Below are positions 55,208-63,875 of a stretch of 64,000 nucleotides of DNA, piece by piece; position 1 is the stretch's first letter; every line of letters starts with the position of its first letter. A program made the translations under genes and the position numbers. Source of the stretch: Vicinamibacteria bacterium (GTDB lineage Bacteria; Acidobacteriota; Vicinamibacteria; Vicinamibacterales; JAENWD01); assembly GCA_963806705.1 (NCBI GenBank), contig CAWDZE010000014.1, forward strand, positions 93,054 through 157,053, read 5' to 3'. The notes below the pieces were generated by a model. The model did not search any database, was not told the origin of the DNA, and worked only from the letters and a program-made list of their open reading frames with translations.

Positions 55208-55714
55208 TTACCTTGCCAGCGGGATCTCGGCCGCCAGACGCAGGTCCACCGCCTTGTTCAGCGCCATTTCCACCTGATACCAGCGGGCGGCCTTTGCCGC
55301 GGGCAGCACTCCGCGGATCTGTCCAAGCGCGCGCTTTACGAGTGCGAGGCGCTTTTCCTCGAGGGCCAGCGCACGGTCCGTCAGCTCGCTTGCCTTTTCG
55401 GGCGTGAGCGTCGTGTAGTTGGCCGCGTAGTCCTTGATGGCGGCGAACCGCTCCTCGCCGATCTTCAGGAGTTCCCCTTCGTACTGCTTGTAGACCGGCC
55501 AGAAGGCCGCCGACTCCGACGCGCTCAGCTCGAGCGCCGCGCCGATTACCTGCGACTTCTGGTTCTGTACGTCCGACCGCACGAGCTTCACATACTCGTC
55601 GAGATTGGCGGGCGGCGCCTGTGGCGCCGGTGTCGCCTGCTGCGCCTGCGCGCTACCCGAGCACGCCACCGCGAGCGCGGCGGCAGCGACTGCCAGGCGA
55701 ATTGTCTGATACAT
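55208..55714 (-). CDS. secreted helical hypothetical protein
   Basis: Signal MYQTIRLAVAAAALAVACSGSAQA. Gene-like spacing in the same minus-strand run. Confidence 0.45.
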   Translation of the reverse strand: MYQTIRLAVAAAALAVACSGSAQAQQATPAPQAPPANLDEYVKLVRSDVQNQKSQVIGAALELSASESAAFWPVYKQYEGELLKIGEERFAAIKDYAANYTTLTPEKASELTDRALALEEKRLALVKRALGQIRGVLPAAKAARWYQVEMALNKAVDLRLAAEIPLAR

Positions 55715-56134
55715 AGGTTGGTCTCCTGTTCGGCACGGCCATCAACGTGAGTCGCGATTCTGTCTCAAGCTGTCGATACAGCCAACTCATCCATAACAGA
55801 AAACCTGTTACCTGCCGTACGCGACCAGCGGTAATACGGATTGCTCGCGTCGCGAGCCAGGACTGCCTGCAGGGCGCTGGTGGCTGCTTCCCGCTCGCCC
55901 GCGAGCGCGTAAAGCGCGGAACGGTAAAGGCGTGCGGGAACACGTCGAGGAACTGCGCACGAGCGAGCGCGATCTGCGTCGGGTCTGTCCGACGCCTGAA
56001 TGTCCTTCCCGGATCCTGACGAGTAGACCAACCGTACCTCATGAGCCGTGCCGACGTGCCGGAGCAACAGACAGGCTGGGATAATATCCGACGCAGCCCA
56101 CTCTTCTGTCTGAGCTGGCGCCATCGCTTGCCAC

Positions 56135-58477
56135 ATGCCGGTTCACCGCGCGCCTCCGCGCTCCAATCCGCCGTCGTCGTCGCGTGCCCTGACGCTCGGC
56201 GTTGTGCTCGCGCTCTCCGTCGGCTGCGGTCGTGAACCCGCCGCTCCGCAGCCTGCGGCACAACCCGCGACTCCATCGACGCATGTCGGGCAGCGCGTGT
56301 GCGCCGAGTGTCACGAGAGGGAAAGCGCGCTGTGGATGAATTCCGATCACCAGCGCGCGATGGAGCCGGCCGACCGGGCGGTCGGCGACTTCAAGAACGC
56401 GTCGTTGCTCTACAACGGCATCAGGTCGACCTTCACGACCAACGGCAATCGGCTGATGGCGCGCACCGACGGCCCCGGCGGCCAGATGCGCGACTACCAG
56501 GTCGCCTACACCTTCGGGATCACGCCATTACAGCAGTATCTCGTCGCGTTCCCCGGTGGCCGCTACCAGGCGTTGAACGTGGCCTGGGATTCGCGGCCGA
56601 AGGCTGCCGGGGGACAACGCTGGTTCCACCTGTACCCCGGGGAGAAGGTGAATCACCGCGACGTGCTGCACTGGACCGGCCCCGCGCAGAACTGGAATTT
56701 CATGTGCGCCGACTGCCACTCGACGAACCTGCAGAAGCGATACGACGCGGCCTCCGATCGCTACGCCACGACGTGGTCCGAGATCAACGTGTCGTGCGAG
56801 GCGTGCCACGGGCCCGGGTCGCGGCACGTGGAGTGGGCACGCAGGCCCGCGGCTGCTCGAACAGCCGATGCCGCGCTGAAGGGCCTCGTCTTCTCGATGA
56901 AGGACACGTCGGGGGGGCGCTGGATGCTGCCGGCCGGCGCGTCCATCGCCGGGCGAAGCGCGCCGCTTTCGTCGCGGCTCGAGGTCGAGACGTGCGCCCG
57001 CTGCCATGCGAGGGCCTCGCGCGTGTGGCAGACGTACGAGCACGGTCGGCCGCTGGCCGACACGCACCGCGTCGCGCTGCTCGATGAAGGCCTGTACGAA
57101 GCCGACGGCCAGATCCGCGATGAGGTCTACGAGTACGGGTCGTTCCTGCAGAGCAAGATGTACATGGCCGGCGTCACCTGTTCGAACTGCCACGACCCGC
57201 ATAGCGACGCGCTGCGGCTTCCGGGCAACGCACTCTGTGGCCAATGTCACCTGCCGACGAAGTACGATCAGCCGTCGCATCATTTCCACACGGCCGGCAC
57301 CTCCGGCGCCCAGTGCGTGTCCTGTCACATGCCGGAGCGGCGGTACATGGTCGTCGACGACCGGCGCGATCATTCGTTCCGAATCCCGCGGCCCGACGAG
57401 TCGGTGCGCCTTGGCACTCCGAATACCTGCACGTCCTGCCACACGAAGCGCTCGAACGCGTGGGCGGCCGCCGCGGTGGCGAAGTGGCACGGACCTGCCG
57501 CCGCGGCGCGGCCGTCGTTTGCGGCTGCATTTCACGCAGGGCGCATGCAGCAGCCGGAAGGAGCGTCGCAGCTCTCCTCGCTCGTTGCCGATCGCGCGCA
57601 ACCGCCCATCGTCCGCGCGACCGCGTTGACCCTGCTGAGCCGCTACGCGGGCGCCGACACCATCGGCGCCATCGAAAGCGCCGCGCAGGATCCGGACGCG
57701 CTCGTGCGGCGCGCCGCCGCCGAGAGCTTGAATGCGATCGGCGACGGGGTCGCGCGCGCGCGGATCGGCGGCCGCCTGCTGGCCGACCCGGTGCGCGTCG
57801 TCCGCGTCGAGGCGATTTCGGCGCTCGTGGGCGTGCCGAGGACGTACTTCGCCGCCGCCGACCAGGCGGCGTTCGACAATGCCGTCATCGAGTTTCGCGA
57901 AGTGCAACGCGGCAACGCCGATCGCGCCGAGGCCCTCGTGAATCTCGGCACGTTCGAAGCGCAGCTCGGCCGAATGCCAGAGGCCGAGGCCGCCCTGCGT
58001 ACGGCGATTGCCCGCCAGCCCCGGTTCGTGCCCGGGTACGTGAACCTGGCCGAGATCCTCCGCACGGGCGGCCGGGAGGCGGAAGCCGAACGCGCGCTTC
58101 GTGACGCCATCGCGGCGGTGCCGACAGCCGCCGGCGCGTACAACGCGCTCGGGCTTTCGCTCGCGCGCCAGCGCCGGATGCCCGAGGCGCTCGACGCGCT
58201 GGCCCGCGCCGCCGCGCTGGAGCCAGGCGAGCCGCGCTTCGCGTACGTGCTGGCCGTGGCTCAGTACGACACGGGCGCGAAGGCGACTGGCATCTCGACG
58301 CTCGAGCGTGCGCATCAGCGTCACCCGGCCGATCTCGACATCCTCCGCGCCTTGATTTCGTACGCGCTCGAGGCGCGCGACGTCGCGCGGGCGCGGCGAT
58401 GGGCGCTCGAGCTGGCCGCCGCTGCTCCCGGCGATCCGCTCATTGCTCAGCTTCGTCAGCAGCGCGTCCTCGACTAA
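56135..58477 (+). CDS. octaheme c-type cytochrome lipoprotein fused to HEAT/TPR repeats
   Basis: Lipobox LALSVGC. Eight CxxCH motifs (CAECH, CADCH, CEACH, CARCH, CSNCH, CGQCH, CVSCH, CTSCH). The C-terminal half is TPR-like (..AEALVNLGTFEAQLGRMPEAEAALRTAIARQPRF..). Confidence 0.85.
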   Translation: MPVHRAPPRSNPPSSSRALTLGVVLALSVGCGREPAAPQPAAQPATPSTHVGQRVCAECHERESALWMNSDHQRAMEPADRAVGDFKNASLLYNGIRSTFTTNGNRLMARTDGPGGQMRDYQVAYTFGITPLQQYLVAFPGGRYQALNVAWDSRPKAAGGQRWFHLYPGEKVNHRDVLHWTGPAQNWNFMCADCHSTNLQKRYDAASDRYATTWSEINVSCEACHGPGSRHVEWARRPAAARTADAALKGLVFSMKDTSGGRWMLPAGASIAGRSAPLSSRLEVETCARCHARASRVWQTYEHGRPLADTHRVALLDEGLYEADGQIRDEVYEYGSFLQSKMYMAGVTCSNCHDPHSDALRLPGNALCGQCHLPTKYDQPSHHFHTAGTSGAQCVSCHMPERRYMVVDDRRDHSFRIPRPDESVRLGTPNTCTSCHTKRSNAWAAAAVAKWHGPAAAARPSFAAAFHAGRMQQPEGASQLSSLVADRAQPPIVRATALTLLSRYAGADTIGAIESAAQDPDALVRRAAAESLNAIGDGVARARIGGRLLADPVRVVRVEAISALVGVPRTYFAAADQAAFDNAVIEFREVQRGNADRAEALVNLGTFEAQLGRMPEAEAALRTAIARQPRFVPGYVNLAEILRTGGREAEAERALRDAIAAVPTAAGAYNALGLSLARQRRMPEALDALARAAALEPGEPRFAYVLAVAQYDTGAKATGISTLERAHQRHPADLDILRALISYALEARDVARARRWALELAAAAPGDPLIAQLRQQRVLD

Positions 58478-58501
58478 CATGCCGTTGTTCGGAGGACATC
58501 A

Positions 58502-59290
58502 ATGATCGCTGCCCGTGCTCTGCCACACCTCGCGCTGATCGTTTGCGCCACTGCAGTTGCGACGGGCGGCTGCTCCCGCGAGCCCAGCACACCTGAAGCC
58601 AAACGGCAGCGAGGAGATGAGATCGTCCGCGCGATGAGCGATCGCCTGGCACAGGCGACGACGTTCACGGTCGAAACCACCGATTCCCGCCAACGCAGCC
58701 GCGGCGGCCAGAAGGTCGCCGTCCGGACCACGAGACAGTTCACCGTGCGTCGACCCGATCGCATCGCAATGCGGATGACCGGCGATACCGACCTCAAAGG
58801 CTGGTATGACGGTCACAAGCTCACGCTCGTTTCGGACCGTCACAAGGTCTGGGTCCGGGTCAGGGCCGAGGCGACCATCGACGCGACCCTCGATCGGTTG
58901 GCCGAGCGTCTGGCCATGCCGATGCCGGTAGCCGACTTCATGTACAGCTCGCCCTACGATGCGCTCATCGGCACCGCATCCACGGGCGGCTACGTGGGGC
59001 GCGAGACCCTGGACGGCGTGGCCACCATCCACGTGGCCTACCAGCATCCAAGCGTGGACTGGGACCTCTGGCTGAACGAACAAGGCGATCCGCTGCCGAA
59101 GAAGTACCGCGTCACCGACAAGACCCTCACGCCGCCGCGCACGGTGGAGGTCGTCTTCAACAAATGGCAATTGGGCGCCGCGGTGGCCGACGCGTCGTTT
59201 GCGCCGGTGGTGCCAGCCGGCTACGAGCGCATACCGCTCGCGGTCCAGGCCGACGAGCCTGCCGCCGCTGCGGCCCCAGCCACGCCGTAA
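58502..59290 (+). CDS. DUF2092/LolA-like lipoprotein
   Basis: Lipobox VATGGC. ...FTVETTDSRQ...WYDGHKLTLVSDRHKVW...LPMPVADFMYSSPYD... Confidence 0.55.
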   Translation: MIAARALPHLALIVCATAVATGGCSREPSTPEAKRQRGDEIVRAMSDRLAQATTFTVETTDSRQRSRGGQKVAVRTTRQFTVRRPDRIAMRMTGDTDLKGWYDGHKLTLVSDRHKVWVRVRAEATIDATLDRLAERLAMPMPVADFMYSSPYDALIGTASTGGYVGRETLDGVATIHVAYQHPSVDWDLWLNEQGDPLPKKYRVTDKTLTPPRTVEVVFNKWQLGAAVADASFAPVVPAGYERIPLAVQADEPAAAAAPATP

Positions 59291-59325
59291 CCATCCTTGG
59301 CCGCCAGGCACACGAAAGGCACGAC

Positions 59326-60036
59326 ATGAATTCGATCTCGAAGACCAGGCACACTGTGGCAGCGGCGCTGATTGGCGCGCTCGTCCTGCACGGCGCGGCC
59401 GATCTGCTGGCGCAGGCCCGCACCGCACGCCGAGGGGGCGCCGTCCAAACCGAGGAGGGTGGGGCCGCCGCCGGACGCCGCGGTGCCGCCGTGAAGACCG
59501 ATGAAGGCGCCGCGGCCGTCGGACGTCATGGCGCCGCCGTGAAGACCGAAGAAGGCGTGCAGACGGTGTCGCGCCACGGCGCCGTAGGCGAAGGTGAGGA
59601 GATCGACGCCGCGGTCGGTCGCCGTGGGGCAGTTGTCGTCGGCGAGGAAGGCGCGGCGGCCGTCGGCCGCGCCGGTTATCGCGGCGGCGCCGTCGTCTAC
59701 GAGGACAACGACGCGTGGAAGACGGCGGCCGGCGTGGCGGCCGGGGTCGCCGCGGGTATCGCCATCGGGACGATGCTGCGGAAGCCTCCGGCGCAGGCCA
59801 CGCCTGTCGTCGTCAGCGACACGACCTATCACTACGACAACGGAACGTACTACTCGAAGGTGATGAGCGGCGGCGAGGTCGTCTACCAGGTCGTGGAGCC
59901 GCCTCCAGGTGCGATCATCGCGACGCTGCCGGCCGGCTGCACGCCGGCAAACGTGGGTGGGGTTGCGTATTCCAAGTGCGGGACGACGCACTATCAGAAG
60001 GTGTCCGCGGGGTACCAGGTCGTGGTGCCGAAGTGA
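59326..60036 (+). CDS. secreted repeat protein (Gly/Ala-rich 13-14-aa repeats; Tyr-rich C-terminal domain)
   Basis: Signal MNSISKTRHTVAAALIGALVLHGAA. Repeats GGAVQTEEGGAAAGRR / GAAVKTDEGAAAVGRH / GAAVKTEEGVQTVSRH / GAVGEGEEIDAAVGRR / GAVVVGEEGAAAVGRA. C-terminus ..TTYHYDNGTYYSKV..GVAYSKCGTTHYQKV. Confidence 0.55.
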   Translation: MNSISKTRHTVAAALIGALVLHGAADLLAQARTARRGGAVQTEEGGAAAGRRGAAVKTDEGAAAVGRHGAAVKTEEGVQTVSRHGAVGEGEEIDAAVGRRGAVVVGEEGAAAVGRAGYRGGAVVYEDNDAWKTAAGVAAGVAAGIAIGTMLRKPPAQATPVVVSDTTYHYDNGTYYSKVMSGGEVVYQVVEPPPGAIIATLPAGCTPANVGGVAYSKCGTTHYQKVSAGYQVVVPK

Positions 60037-60461
60037 AACCGGAGACCGTGGAGCGCTGCTGGGCCACGTTGCCTGCGGCGCTCCTGGTGCTGGTGGGTAT
60101 CGGGCAACTGCGGCTCGCCCACACGGTGGGACTCAGCCCGTGGAAGGGTGGGGGCTTCGGGATGTTCGCAAGCCTCGACGCGCGCCCGTTCCGCTACGTG
60201 CGCATCTTCGTCGAGGCGCCGGAACGATCGGAAGAGCTGACCGTCCCTCCCTCGCTCGAGGCGCTGGCCGCTTCGGCGGAGCACCTGCCCGACGATCATC
60301 AGCTCGAGCAGCTCGCGCAGGGGGTCGTGGCCAGGGAACGACGCAAGCAGCGCCCCATCGCCAACGGGAGGCTGGAAGTGTGGCGGGTGGAGTTTGCGCC
60401 CGGGTCGCTGGCGCCGCGCGATCGCCTGGTGCGCACGTACACCTTCCATGCGGCTCCGTAG
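60033..60461 (+). CDS. hypothetical protein with one N-terminal TM segment
   Basis: GTG 60033 overlaps the preceding stop. ...WATLPAALLVLVGIGQLRLAH... Confidence 0.35.
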   Translation: MKPETVERCWATLPAALLVLVGIGQLRLAHTVGLSPWKGGGFGMFASLDARPFRYVRIFVEAPERSEELTVPPSLEALAASAEHLPDDHQLEQLAQGVVARERRKQRPIANGRLEVWRVEFAPGSLAPRDRLVRTYTFHAAP

Positions 60462-61329
60462 CTGGCTCGTACCCGGCGGGCCCACCGAACCCATCGACAT
60501 CGCCCTCAGGCTCACACTCATCGTGCTGCTCCTGCGGCCGATGGGGCCGTGGTTCGTCGGCGCCTTCGTGCTCCTGCTCGCGCTCGTCGGTCTCCTTGGC
60601 GCCGGCCTGCGCGCGCCGGCGACCTGGCTCGCACTGGCAGCCCTGATTGCGACACGCCTCGTCGTCGACTGGCCGTTGCCGGACAACCACGTGTACCTGC
60701 TGACCTACTGGTGTCTGGGCATCGGGATCGGCCTCCGGCTCACCGAGCCGTCGCGGGCGATCGCGCAAACCGGGCGTCAGCTGCTGGCCCTTGCATTTGT
60801 GTTTGCGGTGTTGTGGAAGGCCGTGCTGTCGCCGGACTATCGCGACGGTCGATTCTTTGCCGTGACGCTGCTGACCGACGAGCGCTTCGTCGATTCGGTG
60901 CAGCTGCTTGCGGGATTGAGCGAAGCGCAACTCGACGAAAGCCGCGAGTACCTGAAGCCGTTGCCGGAGGGCGCTGAGCTTTTGCACCCGCCGCAGCTTC
61001 ACGCCACACCTCGCTTCCAGAGGCTCGTTCAGGCGACGACGTGGGGCGGACTGGCGCTCGAGTCCGTCGTCGCCATCCTCTGGCTGGCGCCGATCCGCGG
61101 CCGCGCGCTCCTGCTGGCGCGGCACGGCGCGATACTGCTGTTCTGCCTGGCGACTTACGCGGTTGCGCCCGTGGCGGGTTTCGGCTGGCTGCTGCTCGTC
61201 ATGGGGCTGGCCAACTCAGCAGTGGAACAGCGCGCGCTGCGGGCCGCCTACGTCGCCACCTTTTGCGTCGTGTTGCTCTACGCCGAGATCCCGTGGGCAT
61301 CGCTCGCCGTGACCGGTCTGAAGCCATGA
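60448..61329 (+). CDS. polytopic membrane hypothetical protein
   Basis: ATG 60448. Multiple hydrophobic helices (LIVLLLRPMGPWFVGAFVLLLALVGLLGAGL, YLLTYWCLGIGIGL, ...). Confidence 0.45.
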   Translation: MRLRSWLVPGGPTEPIDIALRLTLIVLLLRPMGPWFVGAFVLLLALVGLLGAGLRAPATWLALAALIATRLVVDWPLPDNHVYLLTYWCLGIGIGLRLTEPSRAIAQTGRQLLALAFVFAVLWKAVLSPDYRDGRFFAVTLLTDERFVDSVQLLAGLSEAQLDESREYLKPLPEGAELLHPPQLHATPRFQRLVQATTWGGLALESVVAILWLAPIRGRALLLARHGAILLFCLATYAVAPVAGFGWLLLVMGLANSAVEQRALRAAYVATFCVVLLYAEIPWASLAVTGLKP

Positions 61330-61449
61330 GATTGCGCGAGTGCGATCCTGGCTGGGACGGTCGGTGGAACGGAACGGCCGGTCTGGAGTAATTTCAGGGT
61401 AGGAGCAACGGTCGCAGGCGTCTGGGCGTAATACCAAGAGGGAGATTTC

Positions 61450-62064
61450 ATGCGGAACACAACGTGGACGTTGATAGCGGGAACCGTCGCGGCCGGCGTG
61501 CTCTGGACGGCGACGCCGCAGGCGCAAACCAACCAGGAGAAACTCGAGATCGAGGCGTTCGCGGTGAACATGAGCAACATCGCGACGGGCTCGAACGCCC
61601 TGGTGCAGATTACGGTCAACGGGTGGTCGACGGCCGAAGAGCGTGAACGCCTGATCACGACCGTGCTCGAGAAGGGCTCGGACGCGCTGCTGCGCGAGCT
61701 GCAGAAGACGCCTGTCAAGGGACGCTTCCGGATCCCGACCGCGCGGCAGCCCGATCCACATCACCTGGCCCTCGGCCTCGACCTGCACTACGCCTGGCAG
61801 ACCGCGCTCGACGACGGCGGGCGGCGCATCGTGATCGCCACCGATCGCTACATCGGATTCCAGGAAGCGCGTTCCCAGCCTCGCACCATCGACTACCCGA
61901 TCACGCTGATGGAGATTCGCGTGGACAAGGCTGGCAACGGCCAAGGGAAGATGGCCGTGGCGACCAAGATCAGCTTCGACAAGAAGAAGAATCAGATCGA
62001 GCTCGAGAACTACTCGAGCGAGCCGGTGAGGTTGCAGAACGTCAAAGTGAAGGTGAAGACCTAA
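61450..62064 (+). CDS. secreted hypothetical protein
   Basis: Signal MRNTTWTLIAGTVAAGVLWTATPQAQ. Gene-like ORF ending ..LQNVKVKVKT. Confidence 0.45.
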   Translation: MRNTTWTLIAGTVAAGVLWTATPQAQTNQEKLEIEAFAVNMSNIATGSNALVQITVNGWSTAEERERLITTVLEKGSDALLRELQKTPVKGRFRIPTARQPDPHHLALGLDLHYAWQTALDDGGRRIVIATDRYIGFQEARSQPRTIDYPITLMEIRVDKAGNGQGKMAVATKISFDKKKNQIELENYSSEPVRLQNVKVKVKT

Positions 62065-62073
62065 GAGCGCGTG

Positions 62074-62707
62074 CTACGGCTTTGGAATGCGGAGCGTCGC
62101 GCTGATCATCGCGCTTCCGCTGGCGGCGTAGAGGAGCGCCAGCGGATGCAGCCACGCCGGCCCGATCCGGTAGGCGCCAAGCCAGAGTTGTCCTTCGATT
62201 CGGCCGAGCGCCAGCGCGGCGGCCAGCAGCGCGACGATGAGGATGCTGGAAGGGATGGGTGTGCCCTCGAAGTACTTCACCTTGCCGGTGGCGCTGTCGG
62301 CGAGATCCGCGGCCGTGACGTTGAAGCGCGCCAGTCGGCTCACGCCGCACACGACGAAGAACGTCAGGCAGAGCATGTCCCATCCGCCCCGCAGGCCCAG
62401 CGTGTAACCAAACACGGCGGGCGCGACGCCAAACGAGATGACGTCGGCAAGCGAATCGAGATCGGCGCCGATCCTCGACTGGCGGCGGGTGTGGAGCCGC
62501 GCGACGTAGCCGTCGAGCACGTCGCACACCAGCGCAAGCACCATCAGCAGGCAGGCCACCCACAGCAGCCGCGTATCGCCGGACGCAAGGTGCTCGAGGC
62601 ACAGGAAGATCGCGATGGTGCCGCAGCTGGCGTTGCCGATGGTCAGCGCATCTGCGGGCGTGTACGCACCGCAGCATCGACAGGTGGCGGCCGGGCGGCG
62701 GAGGCAT
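62074..62707 (-). pseudogene. pssA: CDP-diacylglycerol-serine O-phosphatidyltransferase; one extra nt, placeable at GTAC 62662-62665, as assembled
   Basis: ATG 62707 MPPPPGRHLSMLRCV | (T)PADALTIGNASCGTIAIF..., then DVLDGYVARLHTRRQSRIGADLDSLAD (CDP-alcohol motif DGx2ARx8Gx3Dx3D), FGVAPA. Confidence 0.8.
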
Positions 62708-62797
62708 GCCGTCAGCTTGACATACCGAAACGCTCCTGGAGCACGCAGGCGCTCAAGATCTGCATCAGGATCTGGTCGACTTGCGCTGTGTGCGTGG

Positions 62798-63682
62798 TCA
62801 ACTGCGCGTGATCCTTTCCCCGGTCGACGCGGCGCGAAAGTGGAGCGGGTCTCGCAGGCTTTGCAATTCCCGGTAGTAATACAAGGCGGTCGGTCGCTTT
62901 CGCCTGAATTTCAGGTTCTTGAGAAACTCGATCTCCTCCGCGGTCGCATCACCGACCAGGGATGGATCCTGAAGGAAGACTTGGAGTCCTGGCTCCTCCT
63001 CGACGGGTGCGCCGGGTTCCCGTTCCACGAACTCGAATTTCTTCGGGTGTCCGGGCGCCAGGCGGCGGTTCAAGACAATCTCCATCCCGAAGGTCGCCAG
63101 GTCGATGTCCCAGGACTCGATTAGCGGATCGAGAAACGCGACGCAGTTTTCGGCCGACACGTTGAAGACGTCCGTCTCCAGGAACTCGAGGACGATGACG
63201 CGCATCTGCTCGTAGCTGCGGCCGCTGAGTCGAGCCACGAGGTGGATCCACGTTTCGTCTTCCAGCTCCTGTTTGGCCACGCGCTTCACCACGTCCAACA
63301 GTTTCTGGGTCACGAGGCGCTCAAGGGCGCTGAAGGGCTCCCTCTCGAATACCGCCCGGATTGACGTCTCCTTGCCCGGCGCACACTTGCGAAGAATGAG
63401 CTCGCGGACTTCCTTGAACAGGGGCGTAGGCGGGTCCGCCAGTTTTCGCTTCAAGGCTTCTTTGCGCTGAAGATCGGCCAGGCTCGCCAACTTCCCGGCG
63501 GGAAGCCGTAAGAACGTCTCCATCCGGTCGTAGATGTCGGTCCGCTCGGGCGCTGGAGGCCCCTTTTTCCCCGTCAGCAACTGGGAAATGTAGGACTGCG
63601 TCACCTGGGCGGCCGCAGCCAGATCTCTTTGTTCGGTTCCCAATTCCTTGAGCCGGTGCCTGATGATGAGCGGGAAATCCAC
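62798..63682 (-). CDS. XRE-family HTH regulator with a large uncharacterised C-terminal domain
   Basis: IIRHRLKELGTEQRDLAAAAQVTQSYISQLLTGKK. GTG 63682 lies 5 nt after GGAGG. The surrounding DNA is visibly less GC-rich. Confidence 0.7.
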   Translation of the reverse strand: MDFPLIIRHRLKELGTEQRDLAAAAQVTQSYISQLLTGKKGPPAPERTDIYDRMETFLRLPAGKLASLADLQRKEALKRKLADPPTPLFKEVRELILRKCAPGKETSIRAVFEREPFSALERLVTQKLLDVVKRVAKQELEDETWIHLVARLSGRSYEQMRVIVLEFLETDVFNVSAENCVAFLDPLIESWDIDLATFGMEIVLNRRLAPGHPKKFEFVEREPGAPVEEEPGLQVFLQDPSLVGDATAEEIEFLKNLKFRRKRPTALYYYRELQSLRDPLHFRAASTGERITRS

Positions 63683-63743
63683 GAGTCCTCCGGTGTTGAT
63701 TAACTAGCTGCGATTAACCACACCAATTCTCTCATGCAGCGGG

Positions 63744-63772
63744 TTGACATTTGAAGTGAATAAACCTATACT
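63744..63772 (+). promoter_or_regulatory. near-consensus sigma70 promoter TTGACA-17 nt-TATACT
   Basis: TTGACA 63744-49 and TATACT 63767-72. Palindrome AGTTAACT (63773-80) abuts the -10. Mirrored TTAACTAG (63700-07) / CTAGTTAA (63771-78). Confidence 0.6.
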
Positions 63773-63875
63773 AGTTAACTGGATTGCGGCCTGCCCCTCA
63801 GTCATCAGGTCATCTGAACTACTTCAGGTTATCTGCCTCCTCGTTTAAGGCAACACACCAACCGTGGAGGTTGTC

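Noticed and set aside
55765-56136. 123-aa minus-strand ORF with a TPR-like stretch (LYRSALYALAGEREAATSALQAVLARDASNPYYRW). A second frame reads DPTQIALARAQFLDVFPHA.
   Set aside because: It might be a remnant of a TPR gene, or a real gene broken at GTAC 56033-56036. I could not reconstruct a convincing single reading frame or start, so it is not reported as a feature.
20421-62665. Frame breaks considered as programmed ribosomal frameshifts or as genuine gene decay.
   Set aside because: There are no slippery heptamers or downstream pseudoknot context. Nine unrelated housekeeping or transport genes are affected, each by 1-nt events that sit on GTAC/GATC. A technical origin is more economical, but the sequence as given is still frame-broken, so they are typed as pseudogenes.
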